From positions 434,001 through 498,000 of the forward strand of contig JBHGNT010000017.1 in the NCBI GenBank assembly GCA_043228905.1: DNA of 64,000 bases, given 5' to 3'. Under the pieces are notes generated by a model. It saw nothing but the letters and a program-made list of their open reading frames with translations, was not told where the DNA came from and did no database searches. The DNA comes from Azolla caroliniana. Lineage: Eukaryota > Plantae > Polypodiophyta. A program made the position numbers and the translations under genes. Positions 53,131 through 64,000 of this stretch are shown piece after piece (position 1 is the first letter of the stretch; the number at the start of each line of letters is the position of its first letter).

Positions 53131-55044
53131 TTACTTGGAGTTAAGATCAATGGCAGAGGGCTGTGGAATCCTCCTCCTTTGCCACAAACTTATCATTGTA
53201 TGATCACCATGAGCTGTATTATTTATAGCCTGATGCTTCATATTATGCTCATGGCTTGATATCTTCATCGAACGAGGAGGTGTAGTATTGCTTTTGCCGA
53301 TTTTAGGTTGGAACTCTGCAAGGGTTGAATGGTGAGCTATATGATTATGATGCATAATGTCAGACTGAGGTATTGAGTTCTGTAAATGCTTCGATTTGGA
53401 TGGATCTACGGAAGTTGTAGAAGTAGTTGTGATAAAACTATGATAGTAATCTGATGATTTGTTTCTACTATTTCTCATCAATTGGAGTGAGTTTTGTGGA
53501 GGCGGTACGAAAAAAGATTCTGAATCAACGATGTCACCACCATGAATCATTTGGGATTTGTTGCTTATGAGATTGGTTTCATTAATCAAGCAATTGGTTA
53601 ATGATTCTGCCCAAATTTGATCTCTGCTGGACCCGAATCTGCTTAAATCTATGATGACATCAGCGTCAGATTGATCTGTAATTCTAACATTGGAATGATC
53701 AGAATTATGTCTATTTTTGCCCAATTTTTTTGTCATTGATGAAGCAATATTCTCGTCCTGGTCAGCAACGGCCTTAATCTTTGTATTATTTATATGATTA
53801 TGATCTTGGTCTTTAATCCCTGGACCTCTATCTTTGTATAATTGTGAGAAAATGCCCACTTTTGATTTGGTTTCTGATGACGAATCTGTTTTGTTGGCCG
53901 AGTTCCTTAATTTGGCCTTGTTAGCCTCATTAGTACTTATCTGATTAGAACCAATCTCTTTTATTAATCCTCCTTTAATCATACAAAGATCCATCTTGGT
54001 GGATAGTTGATCATCGGCTTCTTTACTAACCCTCTTCCTAATCCTTCTCCTCAGTCTTAGATTCGTTTGACTAATCTGAATCTTCTCATCCATTTGATCA
54101 CTGCTTGAAGTGTGAGTGGTGTTTGATCCATTGCTAATTGCATCATTCACTGATGTGTTTGATGGGTTCTTATGTTTATTAATTCTTTTCTTGATTCTAA
54201 CTCTTCCAAGACAAGTAACTTCAGGGGAAGTTGGTTCTTGATCTTTTTTCTTGTTGATCACCCCACCATTAGTGTTAAATATCAGTTCAGAATCATGATC
54301 AGAAACTAACTTAATGGTAGTAGAAGCATGATTAGGGGATGCTTTAGTTGTAGGAACAGGATGAGCGACTAACTTAGTGGTAGTAGAAGAAGGATTAGTA
54401 GCCAATTTAGTGGTTGACGAAGCATGACTTGTAGCTAATTTTGTGGTTGAAGAAGAATGATTTGCAACCAATTTGTGATTGATATAGTTCACATTTAGCT
54501 TGATTGCATGGCTACCTGCAGAAGTAGTATGAGTTGATTGAGGCTTAACCGATTGAGTTGTATTAGTAGTTCTGTGATTAGCAGCTCGATTTTGCTTAAT
54601 CTGATCCTCCTTCACTAATCTTGGTTGAATAATCAGATTAGAATGATTGATCTCATTGATTTGATTAATATTATTAATCCTATTAATGAGATCAGTCTCA
54701 ATAATTACCTCAGATTGAACATTGTCATCGTAATTACCGAGGATGGATTGCCCGAATTCCCCTGTTTTCAAATCCAAATATAAATTATCATCATCATTTC
54801 CATCGCTATAATAATGATGGGTATCTTCGTAATTTCGTCGAGAATACCAATCAGCTTTCCATAAAGCTTCTTTGCTATTCATCATCTTATTAATCTGGCC
54901 ATGAATTGCGTCATTATTATTATTATTATTCTTTGTTTTGTAGCTATAGTTGTTGTCTTCATTGCCTTTGTTGTTGTAATAATCTGGTCGTGGATGATAA
55001 TCGTAAACATTGATCGAATAGTTCCCTTCTCTGGTTTGCGACAT
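53131..55044 (-). CDS. Large Asn/Ser/Thr-rich disordered plant protein with EPTSPxVTCxGxVR and PPxNxLxLMR motifs (HCF243-like motif family); upstream exon possible
   Basis: Uninterrupted ORF of about 1.9 kb in AT-rich DNA with EPTSPEVTCLGRVRIK, DLSRFGSSR, VPPPQNSLQLMR and SLWQRR. An acceptor-like TTTCAG lies just before the ATG at 55044. Confidence 0.75.
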   Translation of the reverse strand: MSQTREGNYSINVYDYHPRPDYYNNKGNEDNNYSYKTKNNNNNNDAIHGQINKMMNSKEALWKADWYSRRNYEDTHHYYSDGNDDDNLYLDLKTGEFGQSILGNYDDNVQSEVIIETDLINRINNINQINEINHSNLIIQPRLVKEDQIKQNRAANHRTTNTTQSVKPQSTHTTSAGSHAIKLNVNYINHKLVANHSSSTTKLATSHASSTTKLATNPSSTTTKLVAHPVPTTKASPNHASTTIKLVSDHDSELIFNTNGGVINKKKDQEPTSPEVTCLGRVRIKKRINKHKNPSNTSVNDAISNGSNTTHTSSSDQMDEKIQISQTNLRLRRRIRKRVSKEADDQLSTKMDLCMIKGGLIKEIGSNQISTNEANKAKLRNSANKTDSSSETKSKVGIFSQLYKDRGPGIKDQDHNHINNTKIKAVADQDENIASSMTKKLGKNRHNSDHSNVRITDQSDADVIIDLSRFGSSRDQIWAESLTNCLINETNLISNKSQMIHGGDIVDSESFFVPPPQNSLQLMRNSRNKSSDYYHSFITTTSTTSVDPSKSKHLQNSIPQSDIMHHNHIAHHSTLAEFQPKIGKSNTTPPRSMKISSHEHNMKHQAINNTAHGDHTMISLWQRRRIPQPSAIDLNSK

Positions 55045-58000
55045 AGATCTGAAACTTATTTGCAAGCAATGAAGGATGTACTGAAAGCTTTTTTAATATT
55101 TGAATTTATGTGAAGGGATTAACAGAAATTATGTGAGGGTTAATAGCTGGGATATCTGTGAAGATTAATTAGCAAGAATCAATGGACGGATGGATGGAAT
55201 TGAGACGACCAATCAAATATGTGTGTTCTGATGAATCCTTAGCCAGAAAGCACAAGGTTCATATAATTTCAATGAAAGACAAGAAAAACAAAAACCAATT
55301 GACTTGGTCATTATTAAAAGCCATAGCCGCCCATAAAACAATTGTAAGAAATTAGTAGAGTAATGTGTGAAGGAAGAAACTTTTGTCTTATTGATTCTAA
55401 ATAGAGGGTTTGTGTGTATACTTGTGGGGCCATGGGTGAGTGTGTGGAGCGAATGATATTGGAGCATATAACGACGGTGGTGAAGTGATGATGTTGCCAT
55501 TTCCCAATGAGACCGAGCAATTGAGACACATGACCCGTCGAGAGTCGAGACCATGAGATACTACTAACCTTTGCATGTCATTTTAGGCATTCATTATTTG
55601 TTTTCTATATCGCTCTTAGGAATAAAGAGACGAATCCTTGTATATCCTTTATAGGTCATTGGCCACCACAGACATGCTCGGTCTTGAATCTACCATCCTT
55701 CTTATCAATGGTATAGAAATAATGGCATGAGCCATAGACTAGTAGTTGAGTTGGATGTTACCACAACTTATGGAGGTTTTAATCCATCATCGCTCATGCA
55801 CGTTATTTTGGCACCAAACACATCCAAAAAGCTATGTTGGTTTCTATCCAAATGACCTAACACTACTATATTCTTTGATCAACATGCCACAACATTAATG
55901 CAAAAGATACAATAAAGGTAGAGACTAGATCAAGAGTTCATGTGCACAAAGAGTAAATCAACAATATTTTAGTTGACCATAAAATAGCATGCCTATTTTG
56001 GTCTAGGATTATATTCGCCAAATATATACTCAATTGTTTGGTCACTTTTGATTTCTCTAGATACATGTATTACAAATCATGTCAGTTCTTCCTACCTATA
56101 GCGTCATGTGAGTTGCAACGCTTCGAACTTTTAGTCAAAACCCTAGACTTAATGGCTTACTTGCTTTAGTTATGAAAATCCAACCTTGATAGACAAATCT
56201 TGTGTGCAAACAACAATGTATGTACATGATAACATGGAAACTTACATAAATATATTGATTGGTATGCCAAAATGTATATATTAAACTCAAAACGCCTTGC
56301 AGAGTCACTATAGTTTATGGAAATCTGTCCTTTGGAAACGTCATCGGAACTAGTCAAAGGATCTTCTGCATTTTATTTGATAATATCTATGAGTGACTTT
56401 ACAATTGGAATGTCTTCCATGCGGCACAGAGATGTGACATAGCAAGCATGCATACACATATGTTTGAAAGCTTATCATGAAAGTTACATCATGTTCTAGG
56501 TATAGATTGCATAGATTGGTATCTACACATATTTGCGTGACAACTCGCTTTCATGGAAATGATGCGCAAAGACGTTACTCATGTTTCAATAAGCTATTTC
56601 CCAAGATAAAAACTTGACATGTATTTGCATTATTTGAAAATATCCAAATGTCTAATCTATAAAACTTATCTAGAAATGAGATTTTATTGTAAACAAGGCA
56701 CTAATAATGGAAAATCAAGAACTTGTTCAAAGTCTATGTACACAACATTATTAATACCCTCCACGTTGGATTCGATGAACCCAAAATTTCAATCGTTAAC
56801 AAATTTAAACCAAGAAATATTGAGTTTCCTTTCCCATTGCAATGCTTGTAATGACAATTGAACTTGTAGTAACTTTAATGTCATTTAGATCCCAAGAGCA
56901 TTGTTAAGAACTTCAATTAATCAAAAGGCTTCATGAGCATTGCGTGGTAGTTAACAAATATGCTACATAGACAACATGTTAGTATCTCGTAAGTAGTTGC
57001 GAGTTTTGAACAAACCAACTTGCAAATAACATGTTCGAATTTGCAAAGCTTGAGTTAATTGCTATTTCATGGTCATTGATTCAATGACATGAAGCCCATT
57101 AATCATTAATGGATAATCACATGAAGATTCAAATCGTTTTATGTTAATAACATTGGTTTTAACTAGAAAGTAAAAGATTTAGGTTGTCAACAATATGTAA
57201 AGAACACATGTAGCGGGAGATGGGTATGTGTTTGTCTATATTGATGAATAGTTTACGTGCGATAAAATTTGTGTTTGTTTTTGTCACACTTACTTCGGTT
57301 ACAAATACCTAGGGCAATTTTTGTTTTCATGGCTACGGAAACAAAGAATGGGTTCCTGCCTTTAACTTTTTTCACATATGCATGACAAGAAAAAAATAGC
57401 CCACCCTAACTTTTTTCACGTGGCTATTCAATATTTTTTGATGGCACCATCTACTACCAGAGGATTTAGATTGTCCATGGAAACAATTTAGCAACCCATC
57501 CCAAGATGAAACAAGTGTAGGTTGATACAAAACACAAGGATAGAAAAAGTCACCAAAGCACTTTTTTGAGACCAAAGAATTCCTAGCTTATTATTGTTGG
57601 TCATTGAGAAGATGTAGTTGTAGATGCTTAAGTTGCGAAAACATTCACATCAACTTCCAAAGTACAAACAAAAAAAAGATAAGCAATATGGAGTGCTAAA
57701 GCTCTACAAAAGGAGCAAAGTGTTACAGGTTATACGATATGTTCATGACATATCGTATAACATCTTATATTTACTCTTCCCATTGCAGAAATGGTCAAAA
57801 CACAAAGCGCCAATTATTCCCCCATGAGCCTTGGCCCTTCAAGAGCCCTTAAACTTCTCGAGACTCGCAAAGGTCACTATTTGTATATTGCACTAAAAAC
57901 ATCTTCTCAGAACACATTGCATTGAGCATTAACTGTCATTTAGCATGTACTGAAAATGTTTTTTTACCTTTTAATTCATCCAACTTCCAAATTCTTAGTA

Positions 58001-58115
58001 GGTACAAACAACTCACAGCTTACAAAAAAGAATCAAGTAATCATGTACATTAGAGTATTCAAAAGCAATAAATAATAGAAACCTCAAAAAAATAGAACAC
58101 ATTTTATTTGTGTTC

Positions 58116-61076
58116 TTAATCTAAATAGAACAATGTTACAATTTTCCGAAGATTTTTGGCCTCTCGGCATGTCTCCAATAGGAGTTTACTATCATGGAAA
58201 GCAAAGCATATCACTTGCTGAACATGTGACAAGATATCCATATTGCAAATCCTGAATGCCAAGAAAGAAGTAAAATTTAGGTACCAAGGTATTTGATGAT
58301 ACAATCCATATACACTCCCAAAAAAAACATAAATTGCATCGTTACCACCTTCTGCAAGCAAAGGCCTATCAAAATTTGAACAAACTCAAGAGCTGAAAAA
58401 AACTTTAAATTGCATCCGAAAAACACAAAGCACATGGAACATATATGGTGGTGTTACATTCAACACTCGTATGATAAACCCAACACATTCATCTAATTCT
58501 AAGTTTGTAACAAATTCGTAAGCATGTAATATGGGCCATATGTCCTTGTTTTAGAAGGTTTAACATCTTTCATCTATAGAGATATAACAAGTTTAAAACA
58601 AAAATTTACCTGCTTGCTTCAATGAGAGGGAGAAGATCATTGTGAGGCATCTCTATCACATTTTTAACCTAGCAAGAAAAGCCACATGTCATCAAAATGT
58701 TTCATGCAACAAGTATTCTTTGTGTGATAAAAATGCATCAAAGTTACATCTTATCCTACTTTAGAGAGCAATTCCTGGCTTTCTGGAGGTTGTTTCTTTA
58801 AGCTCTGCGGCAAAATGACAGTCAATAAATCTGGCCTTTCAGCTCTTAAAGCACCTCGAATAACCGCTGCATTTGTGCCTGACGCTCCTGAAGTGAAAAC
58901 ATGATTTTTCTACATACACGTTAAACAGATGACACATTAGTACAAAACAAAAGTTTGAGCTCACTCACTTAAACACCGCTCCAATTTTATAGGGAAAACA
59001 TAAAAATACCCCTAAGTTTTCAAACATTACCAGATCGCTAATTTTTAAGGTGTGCTACTACAAAGGAATGTCATGGTACTTTTGGAAGCTTTCAGGTATT
59101 CTGGTAATTGTCCAAAAAGTTAGGGGTATTTTGATGTTTTTTCCGAAAACTATAGAGCTGAAAAGTATACATCAGTATCACAATAGAACTGAGAACCAAC
59201 GGCAATTAAATACTTTTCAGGGTCAAACCAAATTGGTATGTTAATGCATACCGTGATGACCATTGCGTAACTCAGCACTTCGATGAGTTGTTGGTGAGTA
59301 AAACCCATGTTTCTTGTTCCAAAGAAGCCAATAGCTGTAGGTCCCTGTTGTTGTATTGCCAATAGTTCCTGTTCAGGGAAATCAAAATTATCATGTATGC
59401 TCTTTTGTCCTTACACATTGTGAGAAGGAATATGATGAACTCAAACGGAACCATAGATGTGCTTGAGTTTTAACTTAAACTTTTGAATTCTTTCAATACT
59501 GAAACTTTTCTTGGTGTTTCGGGGCCACAAAATTGTTCAAAGAAACAGTGAATTGTGCAACTTAGCTAAAGAGATCCACGAAAGCCAGCTGACATATCCA
59601 ATAAGCATGCATGGTTGGTGAAATAATGATGACCAGAATGCAAAATCACAACAAAGAACAAGGAATCACATTCAAGGTCACATGATCAATGCGGAAAATC
59701 TAGTTGACCAGCTTTCTTCTTCATTATAGAGACATATTCTAATGGGCCCAAAAAACAAATAAGGAATCACATTCAATGTGCCATTGTCTTTACATTGACA
59801 TTTTGGGATCGCATGTGGTAAATACATTGAAATCTTCTCTTTTGCATGTCTATTTTACACTCATTGCATACTCAATAGCAGTCACCACCAAGTATATTAC
59901 AGAAAATCATATCAAGTATCAGCATGTTTAAACTCCAATCTCCTCCTTGGATTGTTGTAACAGTGGGATAAACTAAGAGAAATCCTCTACTTATGACTGG
60001 AAACCATTTAAATTTCTTCTCATGAAACACATAAGCAAGAACAATGGAAAGAGACAATATCGAACAAAAACAATTGACAGCCGTACCTGCAAGTAATCCA
60101 AATCTGGTATTGTTTTAAACTCTGGTTCTGATGTTGCAGTGCCAATAACAACGGCCTCAGCTTGAGAAATGAGATCATCTCCATAAGCACGCAATCTCCA
60201 TCCTTCATTTTGAGCACCCTCTCTATCAATTGCATAAATTTTCTTCGTGCTTTTCCTGTTCACGCTACCTATACTGCACTAAATTTATGTCATAAGAAAG
60301 CTCTTCAAGTATTCATACACCCCATAACACAAGAAAACTTTGTAATCACAAATCAGAAGTCCAACAAACTCTTATTGTGTTGGTATGCATTAATTTTAGT
60401 CGCAAAAAGCACACTATCCACCTTAATATCTTTGTCAATAAAGGCTTCAATAGGATATCTAGATAGGAACATAAGACTTGTGATGTGTAGTTTGGCTCCC
60501 ATATTAATTTTTCATGAATTGTTTGGCCCTAGAAAGTTTCCAACTTTGGCTTTTTAGGGATTTGACAAAGACCAACTATCGATAATAGAGAGAGAGTCAC
60601 ACGAAATTAAACATCGGGTTTCAAATTGAATATCTGAATTCCTTCCACTAGACTGTGTACATTCTTTCTTAAATGAATCCATTCAATTCTACCTTGAGTA
60701 ATAGATTTTACTCACCTTGAGGAAACCATGGATCCCTTTTGGCCTCAATCTTGCATTGATTAAGCTTAGTGTTTCCATTCATCTGATTTTAAATTTCCGC
60801 AACAAAAACAAAAACCTCCAACGTAAGTATTCCAGACCCTTGCCTATTTCATCAGATATATGTAGGCTACATACACTATAACTATACACATGTGCACATG
60901 CATACATTTACGATTGCATAGATACACATCAATATACATTCACATATACTTAAGGTTTCAGAAGAAAGATATATGCTTACCCTTTTCCTCCTTCTACCAT
61001 TTATCATATGCATTGAAACCGAGGAAGAAGCCATATCTGTGAAAGATCTCGCTGTCTGACAGAACAGAGTATCCAT
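58116..61076 (-). CDS. Conserved cyanobacterial/plastid-type SLOG (Smf/DprA-LOG)-fold protein; exons approx. 61076-60981, 60782-60716, 60268-60087, 59369-59252, 58909-58759, 58668-58610, 58251-58116
   Basis: Spliced LDYLQ-ELLAIQQQGPTAIGFFGTRNMGF..YAMVIT-KNHVFTSGASGTNAAVIRGALRAE..PQSL..-CNMDILSHVQQVICFAFHDS..KIVTLFYLD*. The first two exons are less certain. Confidence 0.88.
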
Positions 61077-61189
61077 CAGAGTCAGAGAAGCGAGGGGGGG
61101 AAGAAGAAGAAGAAGAAGCAAGTATTAGTAATAGCGATAGTGGCCCTGAACGCTTTTTTCGTGTTGAATATATTGACCTCTGAGCTTGA

Positions 61190-61266
61190 TTAGGGTTTGG
61201 AAGGGCTGGTCTGCCAGAATTAGGGTTCCTCGACAGGATTTAGGGTTAGGGAGAATTTAGGGTTTA
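61190..61266 (-). promoter_or_regulatory. Cluster of telo-box (AAACCCTA-like) elements upstream of the SLOG gene
   Basis: TAGGGTT occurs four times within ~75 bp, 115-190 bp upstream of the ATG at 61076. Confidence 0.6.
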
Positions 61267-61303
61267 TGCACAGAGCTCGCGACGATACAGGTGTAGGGCT
61301 AAG

Positions 61304-62039
61304 CGGATGGACGCATCTGGGCCGCCCGCTCTCCTCCGTCTGACGGCATGGATTCACTCCATAGCCTATCTCGGATGAAGCCATGAAAGCTCTCCACGTG
61401 GCATGGGTGTGCGCCGTTAGATCTTGGCGCTTTCATAAATTGTAGCCGTCAATTGACTTGTGCTCTTGTCCTCGAGTTTGGTGGAAATGCAACTTATTCT
61501 CTGTTTCCGGACGTCCTGGGAAAAAGATGAGATGCCCCGTATCCTGCCCGTCCGTCCGTCTGTCCAAAAGCCTCATGTCATACGCAGGCTCTCGCTCATT
61601 ATTCATCCATAGTTCCTAGAAGACGTGATGGTTTCGATTGACTATATAAAACCCTTTGAGACAAATGAGGTGCCACTCTTGTTTTCTCATGATTGGTTGG
61701 TCATTCAAGTGGACAAGGAATGTGTAAAGAAGAGCTCAAATTATGTAACTTGCAACTTCTATGCCTGTCGATAATTGTGGAGATTTTCCTACTTGTTTGT
61801 TTGTTCTCGATCAAACGCCCATATCCAAATGTTCCCTTGACAATCATGACATATTGAAAAAAAAAGAGAACCCACGGTATAGGTTTCTAGCATGATACTA
61901 CTTGTCGTGGTTGCAACCTTTTTTGTATATATGGTGTTGTGTAAATTTACAAGAAACTTTTCTATTCAAGAGAAACTCCAACTTGGTATATGTTGCTCAC
62001 CTTGATAGAGCAAGACATTATGGCATTCTTGTTTGTATT
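61304..62039. repeat. Copy 1 of a ~740-bp direct duplication; includes a G-box and a decayed Harbinger-like transposase C-terminus on minus
   Basis: Roughly 95% identical by eye to 63153-63896. MIVKGTFG...SCKLHNL resembles the Harbinger RxxVExAFG...ACCxLHN motif. Confidence 0.9.
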
Positions 62040-62606
62040 ATCACAATGTAAGTTAGCGTCTTTCACACTCTCGTGCTATGTATAACTATTGTTGTTTGAT
62101 TAACATTCTGCAATGTACCATAGTTCTATAGATTGACTTTCTTTTTGGGTTTTGCTTTTAAGCTTCATATGGTATTTTCATCTTGATCTCTTACATTGAG
62201 TACCATGAGAAATTATCTCCTCAGTAGCACGAACTAGATTTCTCAAATGGACTACAAACATTGAATTTGGCATTGGGTATACCTTTGAATTCGACATGCG
62301 GTTAATCACATTTGAATTTGAGTTCTCATAAGAATTGCAATGTGTGGCATTTTGATGGATTTGACAATGTGGTTAATCACATTTGAATGTGAACACAACA
62401 TGGTACAAGCATACTTAAGATTAAACACATGCTAAACAAAATTGTTAACTAAATGCTTAGCCATATCTATTATTAGCTGAGGACATTATTGCTCAAATTG
62501 GCACTTGGTAACTCCTAGTCTCAACTCCTAGGGTTTATCTAGATACAACATCTGTTACAGAGAGCACAAAAGGTTGAGAGAGAGAGAGAGAGAGACAGAC
62601 AGAGAG

Positions 62607-62797
62607 ATGGTCGCTTTGTGCGTGGGCTCTGGAGATTCGACTTTATTTCGTTGCCATGGATTTTCTACCTTTTCTCTGATTCATCATCAACTTCCTGGTT
62701 CTCTCTCATCATCATCGTCAGTATCATTCTCATCATCAAGTCGAGGGTCCTTCTGCATCAGAGCTACTGCGATCGATACTGCATCTGCTCCTCCAAG
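62607..62797 (+). CDS. First exon encoding a chloroplast transit peptide; rest of gene unresolved (possibly a pseudogene or continuing beyond the window)
   Basis: (AG)n leader, MVALCVGS..SSSSSVSFSSSSRGSFCIRATAIDTASAPP and a GTAAG donor at 62798. Confidence 0.55.
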
Positions 62798-63064
62798 TAA
62801 GATCACAATTCCTGAAGAAAAGCTTAGAGAAAGACATTTGAAAGAAATAAGAATGCTTGCAAAAACATATTTTTGAATGCTTTTCTCTTAGGCATCGAAG
62901 GAAGCCCCTTAAACGATTAGTACGGTCAAAGGAAAAACGTTTCCTATGGTAGACATTCGCCTGGGCTTGGTTACTCCCGAGTCAACCCCTTTATGTTAGA
63001 TACGTATTTGGTGCAGAGTTAATCTCTTCACGTTATATATGTGGTGCGGAGTTAATCGCTTTAT

Positions 63065-63152
63065 GTTGTCAGCGCTACTACACTGTGTTCAATCCATAGC
63101 ATAGAATTACTCGAAAAATACAAAAAACACTAAAAAAACTTAACTTGTGATT
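63065..63152. repeat. ~88-bp copy of GDSL intron 3 sequence 46424-46513
   Basis: GTTGTCAGC.CTACTACAC..TGTGTTCAATCCA.AGCATAGAATTACTCGAAAAATACAAAA.ACACTAAAAAAACTT.ACTTGTGATT at both sites. Confidence 0.9.
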
Positions 63153-63896
63153 CAGATGGACACATCTGGGCCGCCTGCTCTCCTCCGTCTGACGGCGTGG
63201 ATTCACTCCATAGCCTATCTCGGATGGAGCCATGAAAGCTCTCCACGTGGCATGGGTGTGTGCCGTTAGATCTTGGCGCTTTCATAAATTGTAGCTGTCA
63301 ATTGACTTGTGCTCTTGTCCTCGAGTTTGGTGGAAATGCAACTTATTCTCTGTTTCCGGACGTCCTGGGAAAAAGACGAGATGCCCCGTATCCTGCCCGT
63401 CTGTCCGCCTGTCCAAAAGCCTCATGTCATATGCACGCTCTCGCTCATTATTCATCCATAGTTCCTAGAAGAAGTGACGGTTTCGATTGACTATATAAAA
63501 CCCTTTGAGACGAATGAGGTACCACTTTTGTTTTCTCGTGATTGGTTGGTCGTTCAAATAGACAAGGAATGTGTAAAGAAGAGCTTAGATTATGTAACTT
63601 GCAACTTCTATGCCTGTCGATAATTGTGGAGATTTTCCTACTCGTTTGTTTATTCTCGATCAAACGCCCATATCCAAATGTTCCCTTGACAATCATGAGA
63701 GATTGATAAAAAGAGAGAACCCATGGTATAGGTTTCTAGCATGATACTACTTGTTGTGTTTGCAACCTTTTTTGTATATATGGTGTTGTGTGATCGTGTA
63801 AATTTACAAGGAACTTTTCTATTCAAGAGAAACTCCAACTTGGTATATGTTGCTCACCTTGATAGAGCAAGACATTATGGCATTCTTGTTTGTATT
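63153..63896. repeat. Copy 2 of the ~740-bp direct duplication
   Basis: Aligns with 61304-62039 from (C.GATGGAC) to (GTTTGTATT). Confidence 0.9.
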
Positions 63897-64000
63897 TTTC
63901 TTTTAGGTTAATCAATTTCAAGGGTATATATATCTCATGGTTGGCCCATTTTTCTAGAAAATTATTAACAATTGTGAATGCACTTAGGATTTCTAAATTC

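Noticed and set aside
61190-61266. Interstitial telomere
   Set aside because: Only scattered TAGGGTT motifs rather than a tandem (TTTAGGG)n tract. The position fits promoter telo-boxes.

Overview
Eukaryotic land-plant nuclear DNA with GT-AG introns, (AG)n microsatellites and many transposons. A non-seed plant such as a fern is plausible, but that is inference only. Seven apparently intact host genes: an intronless AA5 glyoxal/aldehyde oxidase (+, 2.8-4.5 kb), a divergent villin with an 11-nt microexon and a LINE-filled intron (+, 23.5-33.6 kb), a small membrane protein (-, 36.3-36.7 kb), PLPBP/YggS (+, 40.7-44.1 kb), a GDSL esterase (-, 45.7-47.9 kb), a long disordered EPTSP/PPxN-motif protein (-, 53.1-55.0 kb) and a cyanobacterial-type SLOG/DprA-fold gene (-, 58.1-61.1 kb). 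There is also a PPR fragment and a plastid-transit-peptide first exon at 62.6 kb. The 6.7-16.7 kb region is a nested TE stack: a Copia deletion derivative with LTRs, PBS, PPT and TSD carrying two solo LTRs, then a Gypsy 3' end, a third solo LTR, a hAT MITE and an L1 3' end. I cannot demonstrate a new multi-gene system. The most unusual signals are tandem repeats starting at 5' splice donors in three introns, a young-LTR/old-interior Copia, an RTEX-like LINE with a (TTTC)n tail found twice in introns, and a two-template composite duplication at 63.1-63.9 kb. Exon boundaries and alignments were read by eye and are approximate.
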